Shown: positions 1 through 10,187, counted from the first letter of the stretch. The stretch is 64,000 nucleotides of DNA from Candidatus Latescibacterota bacterium (GCA_965208835.1 OZ242358.1:4704001-4768000), one strand, 5' to 3'. The notes: generated from the sequence alone by a model not told the origin. A program made the numbers and translations.

Positions 1-2
1 GC

Positions 3-920
3 GCGCTCTCCGCAACCGGCCTGGCAGGAACCCGCGAGCCCTATGAACCCCTGCTGCCGGGGTTCTCCCACGCCATGCCCGCGAATTGTTATCGCTGTGA
101 GCTCGGCCTGGATCCCGACACCTGTGCGCTGGCCTGCCTCAAGAATCTGGCGTCCGTTCTGGAATGGGAGGGCCCTCAATCCGTCGCGGCCGTCATCATG
201 GACCCCATCCCGGGATCCAACACGGGCTTTCCACTTCCACCGGATGGATATCTGCAAGGGGTGCGCGATCTCTGCGACCGGCACGGCGTCCTGCTCATCT
301 TTGACGAAATCCAGACGGGTTTCGGCCGCACCGGAAGGATGTTCGCCTGCGAGAACTGGAACGTAACCCCGGACATTATGACCGTCGCCAAGGGTTTCTC
401 GGGGGGTTATGTGCCCATTGGCGCCGCGATTGCGACCGAGGAGATTGCCGAGAACATTCGAAGCGCCGGGACCGGATTCCGCCACATCCACACCTTCTCA
501 GGCCATGCCGCCGCCTGCGCCGCCGCGCTCGCCCATATCGAAATCATCCAGAACGAAGACCTCGTGCAGCGCGCTGCCGATCTGGGTGTCTGGTTCAAGA
601 GAAAACTGGACGAACTCTACCGATATCCTCTGGTGGGAAATGTACGCGGCCTCGGCACGCTCTGGGCCGTCGAACTCGTGGGAAACCGCGAGACGCGGGA
701 GGCCCTGAATCCTCAAGGAAAAGCCGGGAGCTTTATCGCCGATTTCTGCAGGAGAGCCGGCATGATCCTGCGCAACAACGGCGACATCCTCGTCCTGGCG
801 CCCGCTCTTGTCATGACTTTCGCACAGGCAGACCGGATTCTCAACATGCTGCACGATGCCGTCGATTCGGCAATGGGTCATTGTAAACAAAATGGAGACC
901 GGCTCGAGTGGATCGCGTAA
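3..920 (+). CDS. Class III PLP-dependent aminotransferase (5' truncated by window edge)
   Basis: Frame is open from base 3 (ALSATGLAGTREPYEPLLPGFSHAMPANCYRC); motifs LIFDEIQTGFGRTG, PDIMTVAKG (PLP lysine), HIHTFSGH. Confidence 0.92.
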   Translation, partial: ALSATGLAGTREPYEPLLPGFSHAMPANCYRCELGLDPDTCALACLKNLASVLEWEGPQSVAAVIMDPIPGSNTGFPLPPDGYLQGVRDLCDRHGVLLIFDEIQTGFGRTGRMFACENWNVTPDIMTVAKGFSGGYVPIGAAIATEEIAENIRSAGTGFRHIHTFSGHAAACAAALAHIEIIQNEDLVQRAADLGVWFKRKLDELYRYPLVGNVRGLGTLWAVELVGNRETREALNPQGKAGSFIADFCRRAGMILRNNGDILVLAPALVMTFAQADRILNMLHDAVDSAMGHCKQNGDRLEWIA

Positions 921-989
921 GCTTCTTCCGGACCGGCACCGGGACCCGCTTGACGTCGTGACCCTCCCGCAACCGGGGAATACAGGCCA

Positions 990-1988
990 ATGATGCCCGA
1001 TAAAGAAACTTGCCTCGAGATGCTCCGACGGATGTACCTCATCCGCTCGTTCGAAGAGCAGGTAAGGATCCACTACGACTATACCAGCTATCTTCGCGAC
1101 AATCCCGAAAGCGAAGGGGTCATCTCGGGAGCCGCCCACCTGGCCATCGGCCAGGAAGGCGCCGAGGTCGGCGTCTGCGCCGCCCTCGAACCGGATGATT
1201 TCGTGGCCAGCACGCACAGGGGTCACGGCCATGCCATCGCCAAGGGCGCGGAACTCAAGCCGATGATGGCCGAGTTGATGGGGCGGAAACACGGGTACAG
1301 CGGCGGATGCGGCGGTTCCATGCACATATTCAGTTCAGAACTCGGACTGATTGGCGGGAACGGAATCGTGGGCGCTCAGGTCCCCATCGCCACCGGCGCC
1401 GCTTTCTCCGCGAAATACCGCGGCACTCAGCAGGTGGCCGTCGCTTTCTTCAGCGAGGGCGCCGCCAATCAGGGCGCATTCCACGAAGCCCTGAACATGG
1501 CCGCGCTCTGGGACCTCCCCGCCGTCTACGTCTGCGAAAACAACCTCTATGCCGCCACCACCCCCGCTTCCATAACGCTCTCGCCTCCGGATGTCGCCGC
1601 CAAGGCCGCCGCGTACGACATGCCCGGTTGTATTGTCGATGGCCAGGACATTCTTGAAGTCTATCGTGCCGCATCGGAGGCCGTTACCAGAGCGCGCACA
1701 GGAAACGGACCCACGCTTATCGAGTGCAAGACCTATCGCTTCGTGAGCCACGCGGGCGGAGGCCAGGGCGAACACAACAACCCGGAGGAACTGGAGACCT
1801 GGAAAAGCAAGGACCCGATCGCCCTCTTCGAACACAAGCTCTTTGACGCCGGAAACCTCACGGACGAAGAAAAACAAAACGTCATTTCCGAAACCAGGGC
1901 GGCGGCCCGCGAGGCCGTCGCCTACGGTAAGCAATCTCCATATCCTGATTTCGAAGACTTGCCCGTTACTTCAGGGGTCGCCCTCTAA
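990..1988 (+). CDS. TPP-dependent 2-oxoacid/acetoin dehydrogenase E1 alpha subunit
   Basis: HLAIGQE, STHRGHGH, GGSMH, NGIVG, variant TPP motif SEGAANQG...ENN, TYRFVSH. Confidence 0.92.
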   Translation: MMPDKETCLEMLRRMYLIRSFEEQVRIHYDYTSYLRDNPESEGVISGAAHLAIGQEGAEVGVCAALEPDDFVASTHRGHGHAIAKGAELKPMMAELMGRKHGYSGGCGGSMHIFSSELGLIGGNGIVGAQVPIATGAAFSAKYRGTQQVAVAFFSEGAANQGAFHEALNMAALWDLPAVYVCENNLYAATTPASITLSPPDVAAKAAAYDMPGCIVDGQDILEVYRAASEAVTRARTGNGPTLIECKTYRFVSHAGGGQGEHNNPEELETWKSKDPIALFEHKLFDAGNLTDEEKQNVISETRAAAREAVAYGKQSPYPDFEDLPVTSGVAL

Positions 1989-2950
1989 TGCCCCTCGTTA
2001 CGTACGCACAGGCCATTAGCGATGCCATCCGGGAAGAAACCGCCCGCGACGAGCGCGTCTTCACCATCGGCGAGGATATCGGTCCGGTCCGCGAGCGCAA
2101 GCAACTCTGGGACCAGTTCCGCGAACGCCGCACGTGGCAGACGCCCATTTCCGAAACGGGTTTTGTGGGACTGGCGGTGGGCGCCGCCATGACCGGCCTG
2201 CGTCCGGTCGCGGTCATCATGTATTGCGACTTCGTTACCGTTTGCATGGATCCCATCGTCAACCAGGCCGCCAAGATCCACCTGATGTCCGGGGGCAACG
2301 TCAATGTCCCGATGGTGATCCGTACTCCGGGGGGCGCCGGCACACGGGAGGCGGGTCATCACAGCCAGAGCCTTGAGAGCTGGTTCGTGCATGCTCCGGG
2401 ACTGAAGGTGGTCATGCCGGCCACGGCCGCCGACGCCAAGGGGCTGATGAAAGCCAGCATCCGAGACGACGGCCCGGTTGTCTTCATTCAGCACCGGCTG
2501 CTGGGCGATATCGAGCAGGACGTGCCCGAAGGCGATCACGTCGTTCCTCTGGGTACGGCTGACGTCAAACGCGAGGGCGCCGACGTTACCGTTGTCGCCG
2601 TCTCCTACGCCCTGCAAAAGACACTTGAGGCGGCTGAATCCGTAGACGCGGAGATCAGCGTCGAAGTGATCGATCCCCGTACGCTGGTCCCTCTCGACGT
2701 GGAGACCATCCTTCGCTCGGTCAAAAAAACAGGCCGGCTTCTCGCTGTGCACGAGGCCCCGGCGCGCGGAGGGGTCGGCGCCGAAATCGTCCGCCAGGTC
2801 GCCGAACGGGGTTTCGAACACCTTCGCAAACCCCCAAAGGTTCTGGGCGGCTTGAACACGCCAATGCCCTACAGCGCCTCGCTGGAAGACGCCTGCCTGC
2901 CCCAGACCGGGGACATCGCCGAAGCCATCAGAGACTGCGTTTGCGCATAA
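1988..2950 (+). CDS. TPP-dependent dehydrogenase E1 beta subunit
   Basis: TPISETGFVGLAVGAAMTGLRPV, HSQSLE, EVIDPRTLVPLD; TAATG overlap with alpha gene. Confidence 0.92.
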   Translation: MPLVTYAQAISDAIREETARDERVFTIGEDIGPVRERKQLWDQFRERRTWQTPISETGFVGLAVGAAMTGLRPVAVIMYCDFVTVCMDPIVNQAAKIHLMSGGNVNVPMVIRTPGGAGTREAGHHSQSLESWFVHAPGLKVVMPATAADAKGLMKASIRDDGPVVFIQHRLLGDIEQDVPEGDHVVPLGTADVKREGADVTVVAVSYALQKTLEAAESVDAEISVEVIDPRTLVPLDVETILRSVKKTGRLLAVHEAPARGGVGAEIVRQVAERGFEHLRKPPKVLGGLNTPMPYSASLEDACLPQTGDIAEAIRDCVCA

Positions 2951-3022
2951 TCGTATTCGGGTAATGACACCGGTCCCCGCTTTACACTCCCTCGCTGCAA
3001 AACTTCCTTTCGTGGAGGATCA

Positions 3023-3130
3023 GGGCAGGTTTGAAACCTGCCCCTACGATCGCACCTTTGGGCCGTTCCCACCTGCGCTAAGACGCTGTCCAAGCGGGTG
3101 TGAAGGTGGGGCGGACATTCCCGTCTGTCC
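3023..3130. repeat. Two REP-like extragenic palindromes
   Basis: GGGCAGGTTTGAAACCTGCCC-CTAC (3023-3047; GTAG-footed on minus strand) and GTGG-GGCGGACATTCCCGTCTGTCC (3106-3130). Confidence 0.6.
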
Positions 3131-3307
3131 AACGTCGCTGTCACACGATGCCCAACCTGACACGCAGCACGGCCGTTCCTGCTCAGACGACGCTCTGAAT
3201 GACATGTTGCCCGACAACCCTCCGTGAAATCTACCCGCGACACGTGAACATTGCTTTTACGTGACAATTTCGTAACGAGCTCTTTCCCAATGAACTCGAA
3301 TGCCGAC

Positions 3308-3335
3308 TTGCATTTTTTGTAGATCAGGGTACAAT
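3308..3335 (+). promoter_or_regulatory. Sigma70-like promoter for NhaC-family gene
   Basis: TTGCAT-16bp-TACAAT. Confidence 0.5.
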
Positions 3336-3412
3336 AGGGGTACAGAACAGAGGAGAAGCCGTCCGGCATCCCTCCGAATCGTCCCCTCTACATCTTTCAT
3401 CCGGAGAATGAA

Positions 3413-5149
3413 ATGAGCGCAGGTATACGCAAGTTCATCATCTTCGCCATCGCCCTGATCGTATCCTGGATCGTCGGCATCAACGTGGCCCCAACCTGGA
3501 CCGTCGAGCAAATCGCCCTCGATGCTCACGTCGACAGAGACGGAAATCTCTACTACATATATCGGGGAGAGCCGACCTATTTCCACCCCGTACCCATTGA
3601 GGAGGTGCTGCTCAACCCCGAGCGAATGGAAGGCTCGCGCGAGACCCCGGAAGTGAAGAAGGAGTTTGTCTCCGTAGTCAGGCTGGAGGAGGGTGAGCCA
3701 AGGACCTTATATTATCAGCTGCTGGCCAAACACCACTGGGGCTTCTGGTCCCTTCTGCCCGCGGTCGTCGCCGTGCTCCTGTGCTGGCTCACCCGGGAGC
3801 CGGTTACCTCACTCATTGGCGGTATCCTGTCGGGAGCCCTGTTGCTTACCCGCTACGACTTCACCGGCGACGTGCTGATCCCCTCACTGGCCACGACCAG
3901 TTCCGCCGGCGTCCTGCTGCTCTACCTGTGGCTGCTGGGCGGGCTGATGGGGATCTGGTCCCGGACGGGCGCCGCGCAGGCGTTCGCCGAGCTAATGACC
4001 GAGCGCTTCGTGCGCGGCCCCCGAAGCGCGAAGCTCGTTTCCTGGATGCTGGGCGTCATCTTCTTTCAGGGGGGCACGGTCAGCACCGTGCTTGTCGGCA
4101 CTACGGTCAAGCCGATCGCCGATACAGAAAAGGTCAGCCACGAAGAGCTCGCCTATATCGTCGACTCGACCGCCTCGCCGATCGCTTCCCAGCTCGCTTT
4201 CAACGCCTGGCCAGGATATGTACAGGCCTTCATCTTCGTCTCCGGGGTCGGATTCCTGGCCACCGAGACGGACCGCATCGCCTTCTTCTTCCAAAGCGTG
4301 CCGTTCTGCTTCTACGCGATCTTCGCCGTGCTCGGCACCTTTCTCCTCAGCATCGAGAGGCCCCTGTTCCTTGGCAAACGGCTCAAGGCGGCGATGGAGC
4401 GCTCCCGCGCGACCGGCCAGCTCGACGCCGAGGGAGCGAACCCCCTCAGCGCGAAGGAGCTGCAGGGAAGCAACGTTCCCGAGGGCTATACCCCGCACGT
4501 AATGGAGTTCTTCCTTCCCCTGATTTCCCTCATCGGCATCGCCGTCGGCACCTTCATCGTCAGCGGCTCACCCAACGTGCAGTGGGCCTTCGGATCGGCC
4601 CTGGTGCTCGCCGCGGGGATGGCTCTGGCCAAGGGAATGTCGCTGAAGGATCTCGTGGCGGGATTCCACGACGGCCTCAAGGGGGTGGTGCTCGGCTCCG
4701 TCATTCTCCTGCTCGCCATCACCATCGGAGGGATAAACAAGGAGACGGGGGGCGGCATCTTTCTGGTCGAGCAACTCGGGGAGGCCATTCCCTACTTCCT
4801 GCTGCCGGTGCTGCTGCAGATCATGACCATGGTCATCGCCTTCTCCACGGGGACGAGCTGGGGCACGTACGCGGTGGCCTTCCCGCTGGCCATGCCGCTG
4901 GCCTGGGCCGTGGCCGGGGCTCACGGGCTCTCCCATCCCGAGCTGTTCATGACCCTCTGCTTTGCCGCGGTCATGGACGGCAGCGTGTACGGCGACCAGT
5001 GCTCGCCCATCTCCGATACCACCGTGCTCAGTTCCATGTGTACCGGTTGCGACCTGATGGACCACGTCAAGACTCAAATACCCCAGGCGTCCGTCGCGGC
5101 CGGCCTGGCGGCGATCTGCTGGACCGTCGTCGCCTTCTTCACCGCCTGA
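3413..5149 (+). CDS. Na+/H+ antiporter NhaC family membrane transporter
   Basis: Many TM helices; ELAYIVDSTASP, FSTGTSWGT, GDQCSPISDTTVLSS motifs; RBS GGAG. Confidence 0.85.
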   Translation: MSAGIRKFIIFAIALIVSWIVGINVAPTWTVEQIALDAHVDRDGNLYYIYRGEPTYFHPVPIEEVLLNPERMEGSRETPEVKKEFVSVVRLEEGEPRTLYYQLLAKHHWGFWSLLPAVVAVLLCWLTREPVTSLIGGILSGALLLTRYDFTGDVLIPSLATTSSAGVLLLYLWLLGGLMGIWSRTGAAQAFAELMTERFVRGPRSAKLVSWMLGVIFFQGGTVSTVLVGTTVKPIADTEKVSHEELAYIVDSTASPIASQLAFNAWPGYVQAFIFVSGVGFLATETDRIAFFFQSVPFCFYAIFAVLGTFLLSIERPLFLGKRLKAAMERSRATGQLDAEGANPLSAKELQGSNVPEGYTPHVMEFFLPLISLIGIAVGTFIVSGSPNVQWAFGSALVLAAGMALAKGMSLKDLVAGFHDGLKGVVLGSVILLLAITIGGINKETGGGIFLVEQLGEAIPYFLLPVLLQIMTMVIAFSTGTSWGTYAVAFPLAMPLAWAVAGAHGLSHPELFMTLCFAAVMDGSVYGDQCSPISDTTVLSSMCTGCDLMDHVKTQIPQASVAAGLAAICWTVVAFFTA

Positions 5150-5223
5150 TCAGAGTAAAATGCCACTCATCGACACGACCTCGGCACATCAGTCACTTCA
5201 GCGAGGTCGCGCTAAATGGGTTA

Positions 5224-5469
5224 TTATCCGGTTCGTCGTCCCCGCCCTCTTATCCTCCGTCTCTGGTCTCTGATAAGCGTGACGATTTCCCGGCTCGAGA
5301 CGTCAGCCTGGATCGACGGAACGTCCAGCGGCGACGCGGCGGGCCGTTCCGGTACAAGGGCGTAAGTCCTGCCGTCTTTTCGACGAATAATGACCTTGCC
5401 CGTCGCCTCGGCTTTGTCGAGTACGGTTGAGAAATTCTGCCTGGCTTCCGAGTAGGTATACACGTCCAT
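5224..5469 (-). CDS. Phd/YefM family antitoxin
   Basis: MDVYTYSEARQNFSTVLDKA...VIIRRKDG; RBS GGAGG; directly downstream of PIN gene. Confidence 0.85.
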   Translation of the reverse strand: MDVYTYSEARQNFSTVLDKAEATGKVIIRRKDGRTYALVPERPAASPLDVPSIQADVSSREIVTLIRDQRRRIRGRGRRTG

Positions 5470-5470
5470 T

Positions 5471-5869
5471 TCATCCCTCCAGACTGACGAGCTTGATACC
5501 CAACAGACCTGCAGCCCGTCCAAGCGTTCGATCCAACGTCAAAAGTGATGCACCATGCCGTAAAGCGCAGTCCAGAAAGTACGCGTCGTACGCGTATGCG
5601 TTCACCTGTGCTGCGATGGCCAGGACATTTGACATGTCGACGTTCACGTATTGAAGCCTGATGCTTTCCAGAATTTCCAGGCCGCGCTGAGCATCCGCGA
5701 CGCGAACGCGGCGTTGCTTGATCATCGCCGAGAATGCATTGCCGATTTCCCATGGGATGGACCCGGGACCGACAAGCGTATGCCCGGACGTGGCTGCGAC
5801 AATCGAATCTCTCTCCGGCTCGGCTACAATTACCGCAATAATCGCAGAAGTGTCGATCACAATGTTCAC
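5471..5869 (-). CDS. PIN-domain (VapC) toxin
   Basis: IVIDTSAII, E(IGNA), YDAYFL, LLTLD acidic PIN motifs. Confidence 0.88.
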   Translation of the reverse strand: MNIVIDTSAIIAVIVAEPERDSIVAATSGHTLVGPGSIPWEIGNAFSAMIKQRRVRVADAQRGLEILESIRLQYVNVDMSNVLAIAAQVNAYAYDAYFLDCALRHGASLLTLDRTLGRAAGLLGIKLVSLEG

Positions 5870-5891
5870 GTTTACCTCTCCCTGATACTAT

Positions 5892-5921
5892 CAATTGTAC
5901 AATTGTCGGAAAAATTGTCAA
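5892..5921 (-). promoter_or_regulatory. TA operon promoter with palindromic operator
   Basis: Minus strand TTGACA-16bp-TACAAT; perfect 14-bp palindrome CAATTGTACAATTG (5892-5905) over the -10 box. Confidence 0.7.
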
Positions 5922-5995
5922 GTAGTGAATTAAACCTTGGTGATCGCCAACCCGGGGTTCGAACGCATATCTGAGATGTCCCGCGCCCAGCCGCT

Positions 5996-8953
5996 TCACT
6001 CACGCGTCCGTCTGTTTTCTTGGACATCCTTTGAACCTGCCAGCCGTTTCTCCTGGACACTTCGGGTATATTTGCAGTCGGGCCAGTTCGAACAACCGAT
6101 GAACCGTCCATATTTTCCCCTCTTCTCCCGCAGCCATCCAAAGCACGTCGGACATCCTTCAACACCCTTCCGGCAGTCCAGGCAACGGTAGTTCCCATCA
6201 ACTTTAGCCTGTAATCCAGTCCGGCAATGGGGACACCCGGGCTGTCGAAACTCGCAATACGGCCAGAGCGAACAACCGTAGAATATCCCCCTGCCCCGAG
6301 CGCTGCCTCTCCGCTGCAGCCGTCCATGGATGCATCCGGGGCACGGAACATCCCGTTTTGGTTGCTCTCCATGAACCTCTACGTCATAGCCGTCCTTCAT
6401 CAACTCCTCGACGAAAGCCGAAGGCGTTCCCAAATCGGCAAGGAGATAGACGCCGCGCCTGGCGCGGGTGACCGCGACATAGAACAGGCGGCGCTCCTCG
6501 GCGTTTGGAAATGCTTCCGGCGCAGCCAGAACGAGGTCCAGCAGCGGGTCGTCGACGATCCCCGTGGGGAAGCCGTACTTTCCGGAGCACAGGTCAAGTA
6601 CCACCACGTAATCGGCCTCAAGGCCCTTGGATCCGTGGACAGTCATGAACGTGAGTTCAAGATTCAAATGCGCTCGCGCCAACGTGCCTATATTCCGGGG
6701 CCTGTTGTGCCGGTATCGGCCCAGCAGCAGAACCGTAGCGGGCTCGTCGTCACCGGCTGTATGTGCAGCAATTGCGTTCAACGCCTCCGCCAGCGGATCC
6801 GGGCACGTTTCCCGGGCGACCATTATATGCACGCACGGCTCGTCCGCATTGAAGATGGATGAAACACGCTTGCGAATCTGAGCGGGGTTGCTGAGTACGA
6901 ATCGGGTAGCGAGATCGGAGATACGATCCGTACATCTGAACGTCGTCTCCATGTCGACGCGTTCGCTCTCGCCAAAGTGTGCCGCGAACTCTCGCATAAT
7001 GGCGATGTCCGAACCTGCAAAGCGGAAGATGGCCTGCCAGTCGTCGCCGACGGCAAACAGCTGTGCGGTATTCGATGTGTCCAGCAACGCCTTCAGCAGT
7101 CGCGCTCTTCCGGCCGAAATGTCCTGAAACTCATCGACGAGTATGTAGCCATACCGGTTGCGGTAGCGCCCACTTTGCACGTGTTCTGTCGCGATGGTGA
7201 TCATGTCGTGGAAGTCAATTTGCCGCTTCCTTGCAAGCGATTCCTGGTAACGCTCGTATACAGGAATGAAAACGGTCAGGAAGGCCTCTGCCCGAGGACG
7301 GAATGGCGCCTCGGCGGCGCGACGGGCCACGTCGTTTGCCGAAAGTTGCGCACCCTTGTAATGATGGAGGAACGTCGCAACCAGACGCGTGAAAGGGTCG
7401 ATTCGACCCTGCTGTTCAAGTACGGAAAAGGTCTCCTCGGATGGGATCGGAGACAGCGTTACCCCATGGGCGGTTAATTTTTCCTCCAGGTTCAGGGTCA
7501 GTCTGCCCGCTTTCTTTTCGTGACTGTAGGTCTCCACGAGTACGGTGCCATGTTCAGCGTGCAGGCGTCTCTTCCAGTCCAATGACCTGAGGTATTTTCG
7601 GCGGTCGATAAAGGGGGGTGTATTGTTCGATTCCGAAAGTGCAATGTGTTCAATGTATATCCCCGCGTCGGGAAGGTAGAAGTCGGGCTGGTATTGCCTC
7701 TTCTCCGGCGTGGCGGTTTCGTGTTCGTAATCGCGTTCGTACTCATAGGCCACGCCGTTGAGGTAAAGGAAGTTGGCGATCTCGCATTCTTCGAAACTCT
7801 TGAGTTTCTCGCCTTTCAGGGACCGGACGCCGTTGTCCCGGAGATAGGCCCAATACGCTCCCTGCGTCTGAAATTCGAACTCGCTTCGGTACGGAGCGAA
7901 GTGTTCCGCGAACCATTTGAGCGTGACCTCCGAGAACCTGGGATCGGCGACGAGGTCGCGAACGATGCCCCTCAGCAGATCGTACAGCGCTTGCTCATCT
8001 ACCGCGGCCCTGGCCACGGCCGGGCGCCTGCGTTCCACTTCGCCGATAATCGACATTCCCAGGCTGTGGAACGTTCGGACCGTGAGCTCGGCTCCCACCC
8101 GATCCCCGAGGCGTTTCCGGATCCTTTCCACCATTTCTTCCTGGGCATCTTTGGCAAATGCAAGCAGAAGCAGTTCCGATGGACGCCGGTAACCCTTCTG
8201 AATGAGCCAGCCCGCCTTGGCAACGATGACCGACGTCTTGCCGCTCCCGGCCGCTGCAACGATCAGGTTGCGGTCTTCATCAACGACAACCGCTCTACGC
8301 TGCTCGTCCGTGAGCGGCCTCGCCTCGATCCCGTCGAAGAATTCCCTGGATCGCAACAGCTCGTTGGCCACAAACGTGTCGCAGGCTCTCGTCCGCCAAC
8401 GTTCGGAGTCATCCGAGAAGTCCTGAATCGCCTTCAGCATTCGGATTTCCGCGAGGTCGGACAGCTGTTCGGGCCACTGGGAGGGGAACCGTGCGGCCAC
8501 GTCATTGGCGTCGTATTCGATTGGGGAAAAGACAGTGCGCGCCACATACCTCGGCGGATCGGTAAACCGGGCCAGGCGGTCGTAAACGGATTCTATCGTT
8601 TCAATGTGTGAATCCAGGGCGTCTTGCCACCAATCGACTCTTGCGCGCAAGAGTGCGTCGCCGAACAATTGCGCGGACGGTTTAGACAGTCCGGACACCG
8701 TTACATCGCCGGAGGCCAGACGTACTCGCAAGCGGCCCCAGAACCACCCAAGCCCCATCTCCGCGGTCTCGATTGCCCGAAAGGGGATAACAATGGACCG
8801 GGACCGGCGTTCCAGGATCAGCCTTTCACCCGTCAGCCTGACCGCTCCGGCCTGTCCCGGACGCAGGAACCGGAACACGAACGAGGCCAGGCCGGATCGT
8901 CCGGCGCACATGGATCTCCCGGGGTCCGAATGACGACTGTGCGTACGGGCCAT
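5996..8953 (-). CDS. UvrD/SF1 helicase (DNA helicase IV-like) with inserted nuclease-like domain and C-terminal topoisomerase-type Zn ribbons
   Basis: AAAGSGKT, LVDEFQD, VGDDWQAIFRF, TVHGSKGLE, EERRLFYVAVTRA; C-terminal CPGC...FYGCSLWPYC and CPTC...FIGCSNWPDC. Confidence 0.88.
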   Translation of the reverse strand: MARTHSRHSDPGRSMCAGRSGLASFVFRFLRPGQAGAVRLTGERLILERRSRSIVIPFRAIETAEMGLGWFWGRLRVRLASGDVTVSGLSKPSAQLFGDALLRARVDWWQDALDSHIETIESVYDRLARFTDPPRYVARTVFSPIEYDANDVAARFPSQWPEQLSDLAEIRMLKAIQDFSDDSERWRTRACDTFVANELLRSREFFDGIEARPLTDEQRRAVVVDEDRNLIVAAAGSGKTSVIVAKAGWLIQKGYRRPSELLLLAFAKDAQEEMVERIRKRLGDRVGAELTVRTFHSLGMSIIGEVERRRPAVARAAVDEQALYDLLRGIVRDLVADPRFSEVTLKWFAEHFAPYRSEFEFQTQGAYWAYLRDNGVRSLKGEKLKSFEECEIANFLYLNGVAYEYERDYEHETATPEKRQYQPDFYLPDAGIYIEHIALSESNNTPPFIDRRKYLRSLDWKRRLHAEHGTVLVETYSHEKKAGRLTLNLEEKLTAHGVTLSPIPSEETFSVLEQQGRIDPFTRLVATFLHHYKGAQLSANDVARRAAEAPFRPRAEAFLTVFIPVYERYQESLARKRQIDFHDMITIATEHVQSGRYRNRYGYILVDEFQDISAGRARLLKALLDTSNTAQLFAVGDDWQAIFRFAGSDIAIMREFAAHFGESERVDMETTFRCTDRISDLATRFVLSNPAQIRKRVSSIFNADEPCVHIMVARETCPDPLAEALNAIAAHTAGDDEPATVLLLGRYRHNRPRNIGTLARAHLNLELTFMTVHGSKGLEADYVVVLDLCSGKYGFPTGIVDDPLLDLVLAAPEAFPNAEERRLFYVAVTRARRGVYLLADLGTPSAFVEELMKDGYDVEVHGEQPKRDVPCPGCIHGRLQRRGSARGRGIFYGCSLWPYCEFRQPGCPHCRTGLQAKVDGNYRCLDCRKGVEGCPTCFGWLREKRGKYGRFIGCSNWPDCKYTRSVQEKRLAGSKDVQENRRTRE

Positions 8954-9386
8954 TTCTGTTTCCCATACATGCGAAGTACATCAGTTGGCGAGTCAAGTGC
9001 CCTTAAGGCGCACTCGAAATGTCGCCCGGCAGCTTGTCCTATTCAAGCTGGGCGAGTTTTTCCACGCAAATCGTACGCCAGGCTGGTCGGAAATCGAATT
9101 TAAAACCCGTCAGGCGGTTGTTGACCTGGGCGCCGGGCTCCGCCTCATCGGCTGCCGCGCACGGCAGAAGCCGTGTGACATGCGGCCTCCAATTCCGCTT
9201 CTGGTTTCCGTTGACACGCTCCCGCAATTCCGCTTTCTTTCGCCATTGGCGTCTGCGTCCTGACTCACGCATGGTCTCGTCGCTTCACAATGCGGTTCTG
9301 CCTTGAGTCGACGCAATAAGGCGCCCGTTCGACCGTTCACGCGGGTGCCGTCCTTTGAGACGTTTCTTGCAAGCGAAAGGCATCCA

Positions 9387-10187
9387 ATGGAAACCGTACG
9401 CGACAGGCTCTGGATCTTCACCTGTGTAGCGGGTTCGGACAACGACTCGCTCACGTCCGCCGGATACACGCAGGGGTCCCGGATGACGCCCGCCGAAGGC
9501 GCGTTATTCCTGGACGTCCCCAATCTCCATATGATCCGGTGGCGCGGCCTGCCCGCGTACCCTTACGATCAGCTTGCCGTTACCTTTTCCTCGCTGAAAC
9601 AGGTCACCTGGTCCATCGTGGGCAGCGGCGGCCAGGTGGAAGGGGACGAACTGCAGCGCGTATTGGATCTTGCCGAGAAGAATTCCAACGTCACGGGCGT
9701 CTATCTGGACGACTTCATGCGAGAGAACGGCAGGGGCGTCCTCAGCGTGGATGACCTCGCCGCCATTCGACCGCGACTGAACGTTGCCGGCAGACGGCTG
9801 GACCTCTGGGTCGTCCTCTACATCAGGCAACTCGATCTTCCCGTCGCCCCGTACCTCGAACACTGTGACGTCGTCAATCTCTGGACCTGGAATTCAGACG
9901 ATCTGAAGGACCTTGAACGGAACCTGGACCGCCTCGAATCGATCAAACCAGGCGGCCGGGTATCCCTGGGGTGCTATCTCTGGGACTTCCATAACCGGCG
10001 CACGGTTTCCGTCCCGCAGATGGAGCACCAGTGCGAACTGGGTCTCAGGTGGCTCCGGGAAGGACGCATTGAAAGCATCGTCTTTCTTGCCAATACCACA
10101 TGCGACATCGGCATCGAATCCGCGCCATGGGCGCAGGCGTGGATCAGAAAAGTCGGCGATATACCGCTCGACGCTTTCAAGGGATGA
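9387..10187 (+). CDS. Hypothetical protein, possible glycoside-hydrolase-like TIM barrel
   Basis: Coding-like composition; alternating beta/alpha pattern with GVYLDDF; ATG after GAAAGG. Confidence 0.6.
   Translation: METVRDRLWIFTCVAGSDNDSLTSAGYTQGSRMTPAEGALFLDVPNLHMIRWRGLPAYPYDQLAVTFSSLKQVTWSIVGSGGQVEGDELQRVLDLAEKNSNVTGVYLDDFMRENGRGVLSVDDLAAIRPRLNVAGRRLDLWVVLYIRQLDLPVAPYLEHCDVVNLWTWNSDDLKDLERNLDRLESIKPGGRVSLGCYLWDFHNRRTVSVPQMEHQCELGLRWLREGRIESIVFLANTTCDIGIESAPWAQAWIRKVGDIPLDAFKG

Noticed and set aside
3781-5430. 549-aa alternative-frame ORF
   Set aside because: Arg/Gly/Pro-rich shadow of the NhaC gene, expected in high-GC DNA
8985-9306. Short ORFs between the helicase and the hypothetical gene
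   Set aside because: No RBS, motif or coding-like composition
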